Assembly: GCA_951406725.2 (NCBI GenBank)
Contig: OX597814.1
Coordinates: forward strand, 192,758,001 to 192,822,000
Source of the DNA: Octopus vulgaris
Lineage: Eukaryota
DNA: 64,000 nt
Reading direction: 5' to 3'
This document shows positions 1-11,489 of the stretch, piece by piece (position 1 is the stretch's first letter; each line of letters begins with the position of its first letter). A program made the translations under genes and the position numbers. The notes under the pieces are model-generated. The model saw only the letters and a list, made by a program, of their open reading frames with translations, searched no databases and had not been told where the DNA came from.

Positions 1-149
1 AAAATGTCTACGATGAGTCAACGGTTAAAAGAAAAATTTACCATCATTTTTTTCCCATTTTTAATGCATTTTTTTGGCTATAACTCTCTAAAAATGCTTA
101 TATAGTTATTTCCCTTACAAATCCGAGCAACGCCGGGCGATACTGCTAG
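1..149 (+). mobile_element. Non-autonomous Helitron-like element, 3' part
   Basis: Ends in CCGAGCAACGCCGGGCGATACTG-CTAG|T (subterminal hairpin + CTAG); same sequence as the copies at 768, 1355, 1869 and 60032. Confidence 0.7.
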
Positions 150-260
150 TTATAAATAAAACTGCAATGTCCTGGTAGGAATTATCAATTCTGTTATTTA
201 AAATGTTACAGTTTAACACCTTTTCTAATATTTTAATCCACCTATAAACGTAAACGTGCA

Positions 261-563
261 GGCGCAATGGCCCAATGGTTAAGGCAGCGGACTTGCGTTC
301 GTAGGATCGCGGTTTCGATTCCAAGACCGGGCGTTGTGAGTGTTTATTGAGCGAAAACACCTAAAGCTCCACGATGCTCCAGCAGCGGATGGTGGCGAAC
401 CCTGCTGTACTCTTCTGCCACAACTTTCTCTCACTCTTTCTTCTGATGGCCTGCTCGCTTAGCCAGCGGGGTAGCGTCATTTGAAGGCTAAAAAAACAAT
501 GCGAAGCGCATTGTGACCAGCGATGTGTAGCAACATCTGATAGCCTGGTCGGTCACGCTGATA
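261..563 (+). mobile_element. tRNA-derived SINE family A
   Basis: tRNA-like head GGCGCAATGGCCCAATGGTTAAGGC...GGTTTCGATTCC (A/B boxes); further copies at 13537-13816(-) and 17637-17750(-). Confidence 0.75.
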
Positions 564-767
564 CAAGTAAATATTTATTTATTTACATGTCTATCTATTC
601 GTCTCTATGCCAATCAATATGGCTAAAATACATTATCTGGAACAATATTTATAAATAAAACTGCAATGTCCTGGTAGGAATTATTAATTCTGTTAAACAT
701 GTTGATTGATAGACAAAGAGACTAATAGATACACATGTAAATAAACCGCGAAACATTTATAGATATA

Positions 768-1302
768 CTAGCAGTATCGCCCGGCGTTGCTCGGGTTTGT
801 AAGGGAAATAACTATATAAGCATTTTTAGAGAGTTATAGCAAAAAAATGCATTAAAAATGGAATAAAAAATGATGATGATTTTTTTTTTTAAATCGTTGA
901 CTCAGTGTCTTCAAGCCATGAAGTCGTTGTTCTAAAAGAACGCTGGTCTCCTTGACAACGCTTTACGACGTTGATTTCTTTACACTCCCTTCCCCACAGC
1001 TTCACGAGGGAGGGAAGAAGGGGAGAAGCAAACACAGGTGCAGGTGTTTGAGCGTGGACGCCAACTCCGCCGCCATCGACACACGAAAATTATGCATTAA
1101 AATGGAATAAAAAATTATGTTAAATTATTTTTAAAATCGTAGACTCATCGTAGACGCGCGCTAATACTCAGAAGGGCTCGATATTAATCACGACTATAAG
1201 ATACCCGAATTTGGTTAAACTGCACCGCAAAATGTGGGAGTAGTTAGGAATCTAAATCGAAGGGGACAGACACTCACACAACTAGAGTTTTATATATATA
1301 GA
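768..1302 (-). mobile_element. Non-autonomous Helitron-like element
   Basis: Minus strand starts TC-TATATATATAAAA and ends hairpin+CTAG; reverse complement of 1355-1868. Confidence 0.7.
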
Positions 1303-1354
1303 TATATATATATATATATGTAAAATATAATCTCGTTCAGAGATTTATTATTGA

Positions 1355-2258
1355 TATATATATAAAACTGTAGTTGTGTGAGTGTCTGTCCCCTTCGATT
1401 TAGATTCTTAACTCCTCCCACATTTTGCGGTGCAGTTTAACCATATTCGGGTATCTTATAGTCGTGATTCATATCAAGCCCGTCTGGCTATTAGCGCGCG
1501 TCTACGATGAGTCTACGATTTTAAAAATAATTTAACATAATTTTTTATTCCATTTTAATGCATAATTTTTCGTGTGTCGATGGCGGCGGAGTTGGCGTCC
1601 ACGCTCAAACACCTGCACCTGTGTTTGCTTCTCCCCTTCTTCCCTCCCTCGTGAAGCTGTGGGGAAGGGAGTGTAAAGAAATCAACGTCGTAATGCGTTG
1701 TCAAGGAGACCAGCGTTCTTTTAGAACAACGACTTCATGGCTTGAAGACACCAAAACAGAAATGGCTAAGAAAGCCCGAATTGGCATCTATAAGGGAAGT
1801 AACTCTCTAAAAATGCTTATATAGTTATTTCCCTTACAAATCCGAGCAACGCCGGGCGATACTGCTAGTCTTTATATATAAAAGTGAAGTTGTGTGTCTG
1901 TCTCCTACGATTTAGATTCCTAACTACTCCCACATTTTGCGGTGCAGTGTAACCAAAAGCGGGTATCTTATAGTCGTGATTCATATCGAGCCCTTCTGGG
2001 TATTAGCGCGCGTCTACGATGAGTCTACGATTTAAAAAAAAATTTACCATCATTTTTTTCCATTTTAATGCATTGTTTTCGCTATTATATAAGGGAAGTA
2101 ACTCTCTAAAAAAATGTCTACAATGAGTCAACGATTAAAAGAAAAATTTACCATCATTTGTTTTCCATTTTTAATGCATTTTTTGACTATAACTCTCTAA
2201 AAATGCTTATATAGTTATTTCCCTTACAAATCCGAGCAACGCCGGGCGATACTGCTAG
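1355..2258 (+). mobile_element. Two tandem Helitron-like elements (about 1355-1868 and 1869-2258)
   Basis: Junction CTAG|TCTTTATATATAAAA at 1868/1869; second CTAG end at 2255-2258. Confidence 0.7.
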
Positions 2259-2617
2259 TTCAGATATAAAACTTGAATATTCCCTGCACTGGAAGCCATA
2301 AAGATTTTAACGCATTTTTAAAGACATAGGAAACGTAAACATCTCGAGTTATTTCCCTTGCACCATTAGATTTTTGTCTTATTTTTGCATTCACGGAATT
2401 TATATCTTTTATCTTTGCCTCTCTCAGTCATTCATAGTTCGACCATGGTCCAGACAATTGAATTTACTATTTCATATTGTGTTGGATTTTTTTATAACCA
2501 ATGATTTTCATTTCCTCACACAATCTCATTATGTCAGTTCATTATTTGTTAGTTCTGTTAAGGACTGATTCTAAAAAATTACAACTGATGGTCTTTCTTT
2601 ATTTTGATAAAAATAAC

Positions 2618-3050
2618 ATCATCATCATCATTGTTCGACCGTGGTCGAGACAATGGAATTTACTATGTTACGCCAGACTTCACGGTCCATCATAGCATTA
2701 CGGAGGTCCTGTTGCTGGATGCCTGTATCCCTGGAGATTACATCAGGGTAGGAGAGTGTGCGCCCTCTGGTATCGCGAGCAGATGGCTTCCAGAGGAGAA
2801 ATCACCTCGTTTTTACAGCTCTACAACAATGTCCAGCAAACTGGACTCTTCTACCTTTCACAAGAGATGATACAGGTGGTAGTTTCCCATATATTTGTAC
2901 TTTGGTTGGATGACGCTTCCACGAGAGATTTTGAGCTCTCATATTGAGGCGAGTGTAAGTTCCATCCAACCGCTCAGTCATTGCTGGGGGAACTGCCTTG
3001 AAAGGTGTAGTCGAATAAATCGCCTCCAGTACTTATTCTTAAAGCATGGT
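2618..3050 (-). mobile_element. RTE-clade LINE 3' end
   Basis: Minus strand encodes LWKPSARDTRGRTLSYPDVISRDTGIQQQDLRNAMMDREVWRNIVNSIVSTTVEQ* followed by a (TGA)n tail. Confidence 0.6.
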
Positions 3051-3268
3051 ATTAATTCCACCGGGGACGTAAATAAACCAACACTGTGGAGAACTAACAC
3101 AAACAGACACACAAACATATACATACGACAGTCTTCTTTCAGTTTCCGCGTGTGAAATTTACTCACAAGGCTTTGGTCGGCCTGAGGCTATAGCAGAAGA
3201 CACTTGGCGGAGGTAAAGACAATGGACCGCACCCCCTTTGGGATGCTTATTTTATTTTTTTTTTTTTA

Positions 3269-3662
3269 GGATCTTTTCGGTTTGAACGGCAGTTTTTTCT
3301 AGCGGTGTCATATGAAATTGTCACATAGTATCGATCTATTGCATTTCAATCTGTTTTAGGGTTAGGGATGGGGGAAGGGTATCTTTTTTCTTCACAAATG
3401 TAAATAAACCCAATCTGTTTCTTAAACGAGGGACATATTCATACGGCACAGAATGTTTTCACCTCAATAGACGTCATTGATTGGTTGAAATTGCAGAAAT
3501 TGAAGAAAACAACAACAAATATCTTACAAACTATAGAATTTTCTCAATAAAGTCAAGAGAAAAAGATGTTTTATAAACACATTCTACCAGTATACGAAGT
3601 TTAAAACTGTTTAGTTACGTGAAAATTATTTTAAAAAACTGCCGTTCAAACCGAAAAGATCC
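3269..3662. mobile_element. MITE with about 30-bp TIR (GGATCTTTTCGGTTTGAACGGCAGTTTTTT), Merlin-like
   Basis: Perfect terminal inverted repeats; internal TTAGGGTTAGGG; degenerate relatives at 46950-47235, about 49673-49950 and 55332-55617. Confidence 0.75.
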
Positions 3663-4463
3663 GACACTTGGCGGAGGTAAAGATAATGGACCGCACCCCC
3701 TTTGTCATGTTTATTTTATTTTTTTTATACTTACAGGAACCACTATATCGAGTGCGGAGATTCCGAATCTGCAAAAAAATCTCCATTTCAAAATTTAGAT
3801 CCCCCTCCCCACTAAATTTCTTAAATTTTCACTTAAAATTTTTTTTTTACGAAATATGTAGAAAAATACAGAGATTATGGATTCTGAATAAAAAATTCTG
3901 TAAAATTTTTCAAAATAATAAATAGAATAAACATTCCTCCCCTCTCCACTATGACAAGAAGTGAAATTAAAGTGTTTTCCCTACTAATGTTTAATGACGA
4001 ACATAACCCAACATGTTGTGGTCAGGGTCTTTTGGAATTAAGAGGGGTCATGTAAAAATTAAATTTTTTGCTCACACACACGCATATGTTTTTCTCCGTC
4101 ACAACATATGAGTGTGAAAGGAAGGGGTGATGAAAACTCTACGGTGAACCCCCCCCCCCCAATCAAACAGCGTTTCAATTCTGCGAGAGTATATGTGTGT
4201 GTATGTACAAGGGAGGTATGTGAATGTTTGTGTGTGCAACGGAAGTGGGATGGTGAGCATTCAACGCTGAAAAGAAAAATCAAACAGCGTTTCAACTCTG
4301 TGTATTTGGTATTTACTTGCCAGCTCACGTGTGTAGTCACGGCCAGCTTTATGTGACCTTAAGTCAAGCAAGGAGGAAGGAAAACTTGAAAATTCTTTTG
4401 AAGGAAACAAGCAGTCAATGGATGTTAGTTGCGAATAGATTTTTCACAAAATATTTGGTTATA

Positions 4464-4850
4464 GGCGCAGGAGTCGCTGTGTGGTAAGTAGCTTGCTTAC
4501 CAGCCACATGGTTCCGAGTTCAGTCCCACTGTGTGGCACCTTGGGCAAGTGTCTTCTAATATAGCCTCGGGCCGACCAAAGCCTTGTGAGTGGATTTGGT
4601 AGACGGAAACTGAAAGAAGCCCGTCGTATATATATACATGTGTGTGTGTGTGTGTTTGTCCCCCCAACATCGCTTGACAACCGATGCTGGTGTGTTTACG
4701 TCCCCGTAACTTAGCGGTTTGGCAAATGGGGCCGATAGAATAGGTACTAGACTTCCAAAGAATAAGTCCTGGGGTCGGTTTCCTCGACTAAAGGTGGTGC
4801 TCCAGCATGGCTGCAGTCAAATGACTGAAACAAGTAAAAGAGTAAAGAGT
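4464..4850 (+). mobile_element. tRNA-derived SINE family B (CORE-like), full length
   Basis: Head GGCGCAGGAGT.GCTGTGTGGTAAG...GTTCAGTCCCAC, internal (TG)n, tail CAGTCAAATGACTGAAACAAGTAAAAGAG. More than 10 other copies or fragments (about 3050-3206, 12820-13230, 15870-16270, 27770-28420, 30829-31180, 32270-32470, 36246-36585, 36762-36910, 56556-56705). Confidence 0.8.
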
Positions 4851-5149
4851 TATAAAAGAATTATTAAACTAAAAACCTGGTTTTGTACCTTATTTATATA
4901 CAAAATACTACAATTAACCGTCAGTTTTGATGGTACGGGGTCAGCTAGTCCACTAATATATAATTCTCTTGTTCTTTTGTCTATCATAAGAGATGACTGA
5001 CGAAAGAAGGGTTAGGGTTAGGGGTGGGAGAAAAGGTGTTCTGTTATCTTTAGAAATGTAAACAAAGTCACGTGTGTACCTATACCGAAGGATCACTAAA
5101 ATATAAACATAAATGAGGATCGGATGAGTTTTGGGTTCGGGTTAGTGAG

Positions 5150-5577
5150 TTAACCCGCCCGTTGGTTATCCCTTTTTGGGAATCTTTTTCCTTCCTTTTA
5201 TGCTCCGACCGACCGCGCAAGCACAGCCTCGTGCATTCTCATCTTTCTTACCACTGCCGTCCATCTTTTTCCAAACGCTCTTTGCGGCACACTCCTCCTC
5301 TCCAGACGGATCTACATGCAAGTTCTGAGAAAGGACGGAATAATTTTATTTTGTCTATCTTTTCCCATATTCACCGCTTGAATTATCTGCCCTTCCTATC
5401 TGACACGCGGTGTCTTAGATTAACTCGAAGCACATGTTTCAGTTAATTTGATGAAATGATCGTTTAAAAAAACCCATAATATTTCTCTAATATATCAATC
5501 AGTATATTGAAATATATCTCTTGAACTAATCCACAGACAAGAATCTTTTGAATTTGTCATCAACATCTCCGAGAGGT
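5150..5577 (+). promoter_or_regulatory. Candidate CEBPZ promoter and non-coding first exon
   Basis: Unique, locally CpG-richer stretch ending in a possible donor GAG|GTATTG (GT at 5576-5577), which could pair with the acceptor at 8388-8389. Inference only. Confidence 0.3.
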
Positions 5578-5777
5578 ATTGTATTTTTTTTTTTAATTCT
5601 GTACATCGTCTCGACTTACAATAATTTTCTCTCGATATGTTTTAAATATTTATTATATTATTATTATTAGCTTATTTTCCTCACGTTCTTCTGCTTTGTA
5701 TTTTGTTTTTATACTCATGAACCAAGAAATTTTACGCTAAAACACGTTTAAAAGCAGAAATATAAGTTGATCTATAT

Positions 5778-5978
5778 CAGTGCTTTTCAAACTTTTTGCT
5801 GGAGTGGAACCCCAAGGAAACATTCCACTGGCTCGAGGAACCCCTGTGCAATAATTTAATAGTCTTATGCACACATATCTGCACAGGAGAATTAAAAATT
5901 ACTGCCGATTTTAGCAGTTTTGTAACTTCTTGCGGAACCCCTGGACTGTACTGGCGGAACCCTGGTTGAAAACCACTG
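5778..5978. mobile_element. hAT-type MITE
   Basis: TIRs CAGTGCTTTTCAA / TTGAAAACCACTG; perfect 8-bp TSD ATCTATAT (5770-5777, 5979-5986). Confidence 0.85.
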
Positions 5979-6221
5979 ATCTATATGAACGCAAAACGAC
6001 AGGTATTCGTCTAATATTAAGTATAACACAGTCACATTGCCCAGTCCCACTGCTTTGACGCGATGAAATTATCGAATATTATAATTCATTGTTATTACTT
6101 ATTAAAGTCTCCCTTGCGATGTTACTTTGGGTTGGCCATTTCTATATTTTAGCAAATCATTACTCGTTTCTGTCCATAAACTTTCATGGTAACTACATAT
6201 CCGCAAGAACTAAAACTGAAT

Positions 6222-6429
6222 GGTACTACTTAAGAACAGTGATCCCGGTGCGCGCACTCGCTCATCCGCGCTAGCTAGTCGTGACTAGTCGATCCTTACT
6301 TTGTTTTAAAAAATTATTTACTTTGTGTTTTTGTGTTTTATTTACTTTGCTAGGTAGTCGTTCTAGGATCGACTAGCTAGCGCGGATGCGCGACTGCGCG
6401 CACCGGGACCACTCTTCTTAAGTAGTACC
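6222..6429. mobile_element. Merlin-like MITE
   Basis: Long TIRs starting GGTACTACTTAAGAA; perfect 9-bp TSD AAACTGAAT (6213-6221, 6430-6438). Confidence 0.8.
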
Positions 6430-6664
6430 AAACTGAATTCTAGAAGTTACGTTTTCTCTTGAAAACCAGAAAATACTCAATTCCTGATCAGCTTCTAATC
6501 CTCTGTAAAACTCAGGTGTTGCTTTTATAATTTAATCATTGCACACATGCTACAACCTCCATCTCACTATTTTAATGGCCTCTGCTCCTCACAGCTTGTT
6601 AGGCCCATGCCTCACCTACTCAGATATTCTCAACTCTTATGTTGTTCCTCCTGATATCATCCTT

Positions 6665-7515
6665 GGGCGGACGTCAGACTTACGAAGCACCAATAGGTTG
6701 GAATTTCTCCTTTTTCACGAAGATTCTTCAGATTTTTTTTTCATGGTACCCTTGAAAATGTTCTGGAGCATCTTTCAGCAAAAAGAAAAAAAAAATGCAA
6801 AAAATGATGTCCTCGCCCCATCTTCCCCCCTCCAGATCGATTTTGGTGGCACCTCGCATTCACAAACTGTAAGAGAAGCCTTTTCGGTAAAAACAAAAAA
6901 AGAAAGAAAAGTAAAATATTTTCAGACGGAAAAGTGTAATTTAAGGGAAGTTTGGCTGTTGTTTCAAGCATATCCCATGGCCGGTAAGGTTTAGGGGTTG
7001 ATAAAAATCATAAATTTTCAAAAAACTTATTTTTAATAGCATAAAAATGAGTTTATGCTATTAATGGGGAGAAAATATTGAAAAAAACATTAATACAAAG
7101 AATAAGTCCTGGGGTCGATTTGCTCGACTAAAGGTGGTGCTCCAGTATGGCCGCAGTCAAATGACTGAAACAAGTAAAAGAGTACTTGTCAGAGTGAGAA
7201 GGAAACGAAAGTGGCCATGGGATATGCTAGAAACAACAGTCAAATCTCCCTTTAATCACATTTTTCATTTAAAAGTATTTTCTTTTTTTTCTTTTACTGT
7301 AGAGGCTTCTCTTATAGTTTTGAAGTGCATAGTGCCTCAAAAAAAATCATCGTATGTAGTGCCCACAAAATCAGTTAGGGGGCATAATTTTTTGCAAATT
7401 CTTTTTGCTCAAAAGATAGTCTAGAGCCTTTCCCAGGGCACTGCGAAAAGCATCTAAAAAATCCCTGTCAAAACAGAAATTCCAATTTGGTGCTTCCTAA
7501 GTCCGACATCTGCCC
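6665..7515. mobile_element. Foldback DNA element with about 320-bp degenerate inverted arms
   Basis: Termini GGGCGGACGTCAGACTTACGAAGCACCA / TGGTGCTTCCTAAGTCCGACATCTGCCC; 6-bp TSD ATCCTT; SINE tail inserted in the centre. Confidence 0.7.
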
Positions 7516-7689
7516 ATCCTTGTGTCTACCTCACAGGCAACATACTATTCATTGCACCTGGTCCTTCCTTCCTAGAACAGTTCTCTGGGATTTCATTTGC
7601 TTATGTCTTTTCCTACAAGTGTTGACAGACCCCAGTTGAACCGTCCAGCTCGTGCTAGCATGGAAATCAGACGTTAAAAGATGATGATG

Positions 7690-8230
7690 AGATCATCCTT
7701 CAGTACTTCATCCCATGTCTTCCTGAGTCTTCCTCTTCCACAACTTCTCTCCACTTTTTGCAACTGTCCTCATCCATCCACATCACATGACCAAACCAGC
7801 ACAGTCTCCTCTCTTGCACACTACATATAATTCCTCTTATGCTTAACTTTTCTCTCTATACATTAGTGCTCTGTCCCCCATGTACACTGATATTGCACAT
7901 CTAGTAGCGCATACCAGCATCATTCCTTTTTAGTCTTTACTACCCACAAGGGGCTAAACACAGAGGGAACGAACAAAGACAGACAAAAGGATTAAATTGA
8001 TTATATCGACCCCAGTACGTAACTGTACTTATTTAATCGACCCTGAAAGGATGAAAGGCAAAGTCGACCTCGGTGGAATTTGAACTCAGAACGTAGCGGC
8101 AAACGAAATACCTGCCTTAGCATTATTCCTTTTTAGTCTTTGCATATCCTCTGCATTCACTGCCCATGTCTCACTACCATGTAGCATCACCATTCACTCA
8201 CATGCATCCTATAATCCTGCTTTCACTTGG
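7690..8230 (-). mobile_element. RTE LINE 3' relic interrupted by a family C SINE
   Basis: Reverse complement resembles 25850-26390 (LHGSETWAV, RGRLRKTWDEVLK). Confidence 0.55.
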
Positions 8231-8403
8231 TAAAGTAGATGTAAATGTCCAACATGAAGTGTTTGTAAGGTTTTACAAGTTCATTTTGTTTCATTTATGG
8301 AAATGAATTTTTCTAAACTGTTGAAGTAATGCAGAATAATTTGCTACATTATTATATTTATTTTATCTTTTTCCCTTCTTTGTATACAGTTCATCAATTA
8401 AAA

Positions 8404-11400
8404 ATGCCAGAAAATTTGAAAATAAAAAAGAAAGCTACCAAAATGGATAAAAGTCTTGTGAAGGAGGAATCTGATGAAATTGTCTCTGATGTACAAGCAT
8501 TTATAAAAGATCTCGGCCTCAATACATCAGTTCCATCTAGTATGAAAAGTAATGTATCTGCACAACCACTGCCTGAGGATTTTAACTGGGGTGACATGAT
8601 GCCAAAGAAAAAAGGAACTGTGCCGCCTTCTGCATCCCAAACTGAAAAAGTGTCAGCTGATACATCAAAGGATGCTGCAGACAGTAAAGGACCAAGTAAA
8701 AAAAAATCAAAGAACAAATATAGACCTCAAACAGATGAGGGTGTTGTGGAATTAAATGAAGTTTCTTCTGAGAAAGTCCAAGATGATGAGATTTCAAGTA
8801 CCACAAAATCGGTTAAAAAAAAGAAAACTGGCGAGAAAAGTGGTAAGAAAGAATTTATAAAATTAGTTGTTGAAGCAGGGACCGTTTGGTATGATTACCT
8901 AGAAAAGAAAAACATGGACAACAAGAGTAGAGACAACACCAATAAGACCAAGCGTACCAGTGCGAAACCTTTGGAGTCGGAAGCTGCAGAAATTTTCCAG
9001 AAGGATGTAGAAAATTATAAGAACCTGAGAGCTAAACGGGAACCTTCTGAAAGCAGTTGGTTTGAAAAGGTTATTGCATCTGGAACTTTGAGCGACAAAG
9101 AAGCAGCTTTCCAGCTTTATGTGACTCAATCACCTGTCCACAATCTTGATTCTTTGGATAATCTTATTGCTATGACACAGAAGAAAAGTCGCCATGTTAA
9201 CATTAAAGCTGCACTTGTTTTGAAAGATCTTTTTATCAAATATATTTTGCCACCGGACAAAACTCTTATGTCATTTCACGAACACAAAACTGATGAATTA
9301 AGTAATTCTAATCGAAAGAAGCAACTCGCCTTGTGGTACTTTGAAAACGAATTGAAGAAACGTTTTGGTGTTTTCGCTGAGTCATTAGTTAGAATGCTAC
9401 AAGACAATGTCGATGCTTGCAAAGAAAAAGTATTGGCTATTATTAGTGAAATTCTTGTTTACACTTCTGAACAAGAGACTATTTTACTGTCATCTCTTGT
9501 AAATAAAATTGGCGACCCTAGTTACAAAGTAGCATCAAAAACAATATACGTCTTGTCTAAATTTTTGAAACTTTGTCCATTGAAAAAATTAAAGGTTATC
9601 GATGAGGTAGAAATGCTTCTGTGCCGTTCTGGCATGAAAGAGAGGGGCCTCTATTACGCCTTTTGCTTTCTCTCGAATCTTCGGTTAAAAGAAGGCGAAA
9701 GCAAAATAGCTGAGAAACTTGTCAATGTTTACTTGAAATTCTTCCAGAAATACATTCAAAAAGGGGAAATGGACAATCGAATGCTTAGTGCTATTCTTTG
9801 TGGTATCAATTTTGCTTTTAAAATTATACATGAAAATCGAGAGTTCATTGCAGAACATACTGAAATACTGTACAAAACTGTACATCTTGTGAACTTTAAT
9901 ACTAGCTTACAGGTAATGATGTTGCTGTATCAAATAATGGAATCAGAAAGTTTATCTGATCGATTTTATATGGTTCTTTATCGTAAAATGTGTGACCCTG
10001 CCTTGAAGAGTTCAAACCGACACATGCACTTCTTAAATCTTGTCTTCAGAGCCATTAAGAATGACCACTCGGAAGCCAGAATAAAAGCTTTTATTAAAAG
10101 ACTTCTTCAGATATGTCTTTATCAGTATCCTCCTTTCATCTGCGGTTCTCTCTGTCTCTTATCTGAAGTCTTTCGTGAGAAGCCTAAATTGCTGAACCTG
10201 GACCAAAACGCTGAAAACTTGATGGATAGCGAGGATGAGGAATGCTATAAAGATGTTGAGTTAGACAGTGATACAGAGTCTCCACAACAAGCAGCATCAG
10301 ATTCAGAGTTGACGAATAAGGATGATAACGAAGAAGATTCCAAGTCATCTGGACAGGTTTCTTCTTGGGTACATCGTAAAAATTTAAAATATGTTCCCAC
10401 CAACATATATTATATGCCACATCACCGTAACCCTCTTTATTGTCAAGCAGAGACAACACTATTTTGGGAATTATACTTACTGTCATTTCATTTTCACCCA
10501 ACTGTCTCTCTTTATGCTTCGACATTACTAAACAATAAGTTTATTGACCATGAAGGTAATCCTTTGCAAGATTACACCTTGATACGTTTCCTTGACAGAT
10601 TTGTATTCAAAAATCCAAAACAAATTAAAGAGAAGTCTTCTGAGCCTAAAAAGAATCGGTATATACCAACAGGTATTAAACTAATTCCTGCAAATGATAG
10701 AAAATATCTTGAAAAAGCGAATAAAATTCCTGTTGAGGAGAAATATCTTTATCAGTATTTCTTGCACAAAAAGGCTGTTACTACCGATAAGGGGATTTTC
10801 AGTGAGGACGAAGAAGTTAGTGATGATGAATTTGACCAAATTCTTGACCAATATGAAAGAAATGCAGATGATAAGGAATTAACAGCATTTGATTTTTATG
10901 GGGAACTTGGAAAACAAAGTGCGAAAAAGAGAAGCTTGGAAGCAGATTTTAGTAGCAGTGAGGGCTCTGATGATGAGTCAGATGATGAAGTTGACTTAGG
11001 GGAAGATTTTATGGCAGAATATAAAGACTTTGGTGGGGAGAGTGATAATGAAAATAGTAACTGTGAGTTTGATGAAGAAAATATCAAATTTTCTGATGAT
11101 AGTGATGGAGAGGATGATTATGAGAAATTTTGTAAACCCAAAATTAAAAAACTGAAAAGGCTTAAAAAGGAATCTGAACAGAATCCTCATGATACGTCTA
11201 AGTTTTTCGTGGCTGCCGAGGAATTTTCTCATATGCTAGAAGATAACATTGTGAGTAACATTGGAAGCCAGGCAGTTGTGAACAAAGACAAATCAAGTGC
11301 CAAACAAATGAAATGGGAAATGGCCAGGGAACAGTGGATGAAAAAATCTGATTGGAAACAGAAACGACAGCCAAAATGGAAAAAGAAAAGTGGTAATAAA

Positions 11401-11469
11401 AGTAAATTTGTTACGAAACCTAAACAGAAAGGAGTAGGGAAAAAACAGAAAAGGAAAAATTGGAAGTAA
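8404..11469 (+). CDS. CEBPZ: CCAAT/enhancer-binding protein zeta (CBF/Mak21/Noc1 family), single coding exon, about 1021 aa
   Basis: Family motifs SGTLSDK..SPVHNL, LSDRFY..LY, RNPLYC..LFWEL..HFHPTVSLYA, GNPLQDYTLIRFLDRFVFKNPK; acidic then Lys-rich C-terminus. The ORF-track start (8329) runs through a polypyrimidine tract and CAG acceptor (8361-8389), so ATG 8404 is preferred. Confidence 0.93.
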   Translation: MPENLKIKKKATKMDKSLVKEESDEIVSDVQAFIKDLGLNTSVPSSMKSNVSAQPLPEDFNWGDMMPKKKGTVPPSASQTEKVSADTSKDAADSKGPSKKKSKNKYRPQTDEGVVELNEVSSEKVQDDEISSTTKSVKKKKTGEKSGKKEFIKLVVEAGTVWYDYLEKKNMDNKSRDNTNKTKRTSAKPLESEAAEIFQKDVENYKNLRAKREPSESSWFEKVIASGTLSDKEAAFQLYVTQSPVHNLDSLDNLIAMTQKKSRHVNIKAALVLKDLFIKYILPPDKTLMSFHEHKTDELSNSNRKKQLALWYFENELKKRFGVFAESLVRMLQDNVDACKEKVLAIISEILVYTSEQETILLSSLVNKIGDPSYKVASKTIYVLSKFLKLCPLKKLKVIDEVEMLLCRSGMKERGLYYAFCFLSNLRLKEGESKIAEKLVNVYLKFFQKYIQKGEMDNRMLSAILCGINFAFKIIHENREFIAEHTEILYKTVHLVNFNTSLQVMMLLYQIMESESLSDRFYMVLYRKMCDPALKSSNRHMHFLNLVFRAIKNDHSEARIKAFIKRLLQICLYQYPPFICGSLCLLSEVFREKPKLLNLDQNAENLMDSEDEECYKDVELDSDTESPQQAASDSELTNKDDNEEDSKSSGQVSSWVHRKNLKYVPTNIYYMPHHRNPLYCQAETTLFWELYLLSFHFHPTVSLYASTLLNNKFIDHEGNPLQDYTLIRFLDRFVFKNPKQIKEKSSEPKKNRYIPTGIKLIPANDRKYLEKANKIPVEEKYLYQYFLHKKAVTTDKGIFSEDEEVSDDEFDQILDQYERNADDKELTAFDFYGELGKQSAKKRSLEADFSSSEGSDDESDDEVDLGEDFMAEYKDFGGESDNENSNCEFDEENIKFSDDSDGEDDYEKFCKPKIKKLKRLKKESEQNPHDTSKFFVAAEEFSHMLEDNIVSNIGSQAVVNKDKSSAKQMKWEMAREQWMKKSDWKQKRQPKWKKKSGNKSKFVTKPKQKGVGKKQKRKNWK

Positions 11470-11483
11470 TTAAAACTGTTTTC

Positions 11484-11489
11484 AATAAA
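11484..11489 (+). terminator. Candidate polyadenylation signal for CEBPZ
   Basis: AATAAA 15 nt after the stop codon, followed by T-rich sequence. Confidence 0.5.

Noticed and set aside
261-330. tRNA gene-like sequences (also 4464 and 63461)
   Set aside because: These are SINE heads; they continue into repeat bodies and lack a complete cloverleaf.
151-695. 45-bp direct repeat at 151-196 and 650-695
   Set aside because: Real but small; most simply a local duplication between Helitron insertions, with no evidence of function.
8329-8403. 25-aa N-terminal extension of CEBPZ in the ORF track
   Set aside because: It spans a polypyrimidine tract and CAG acceptor, so it is most likely intron plus 5'UTR.
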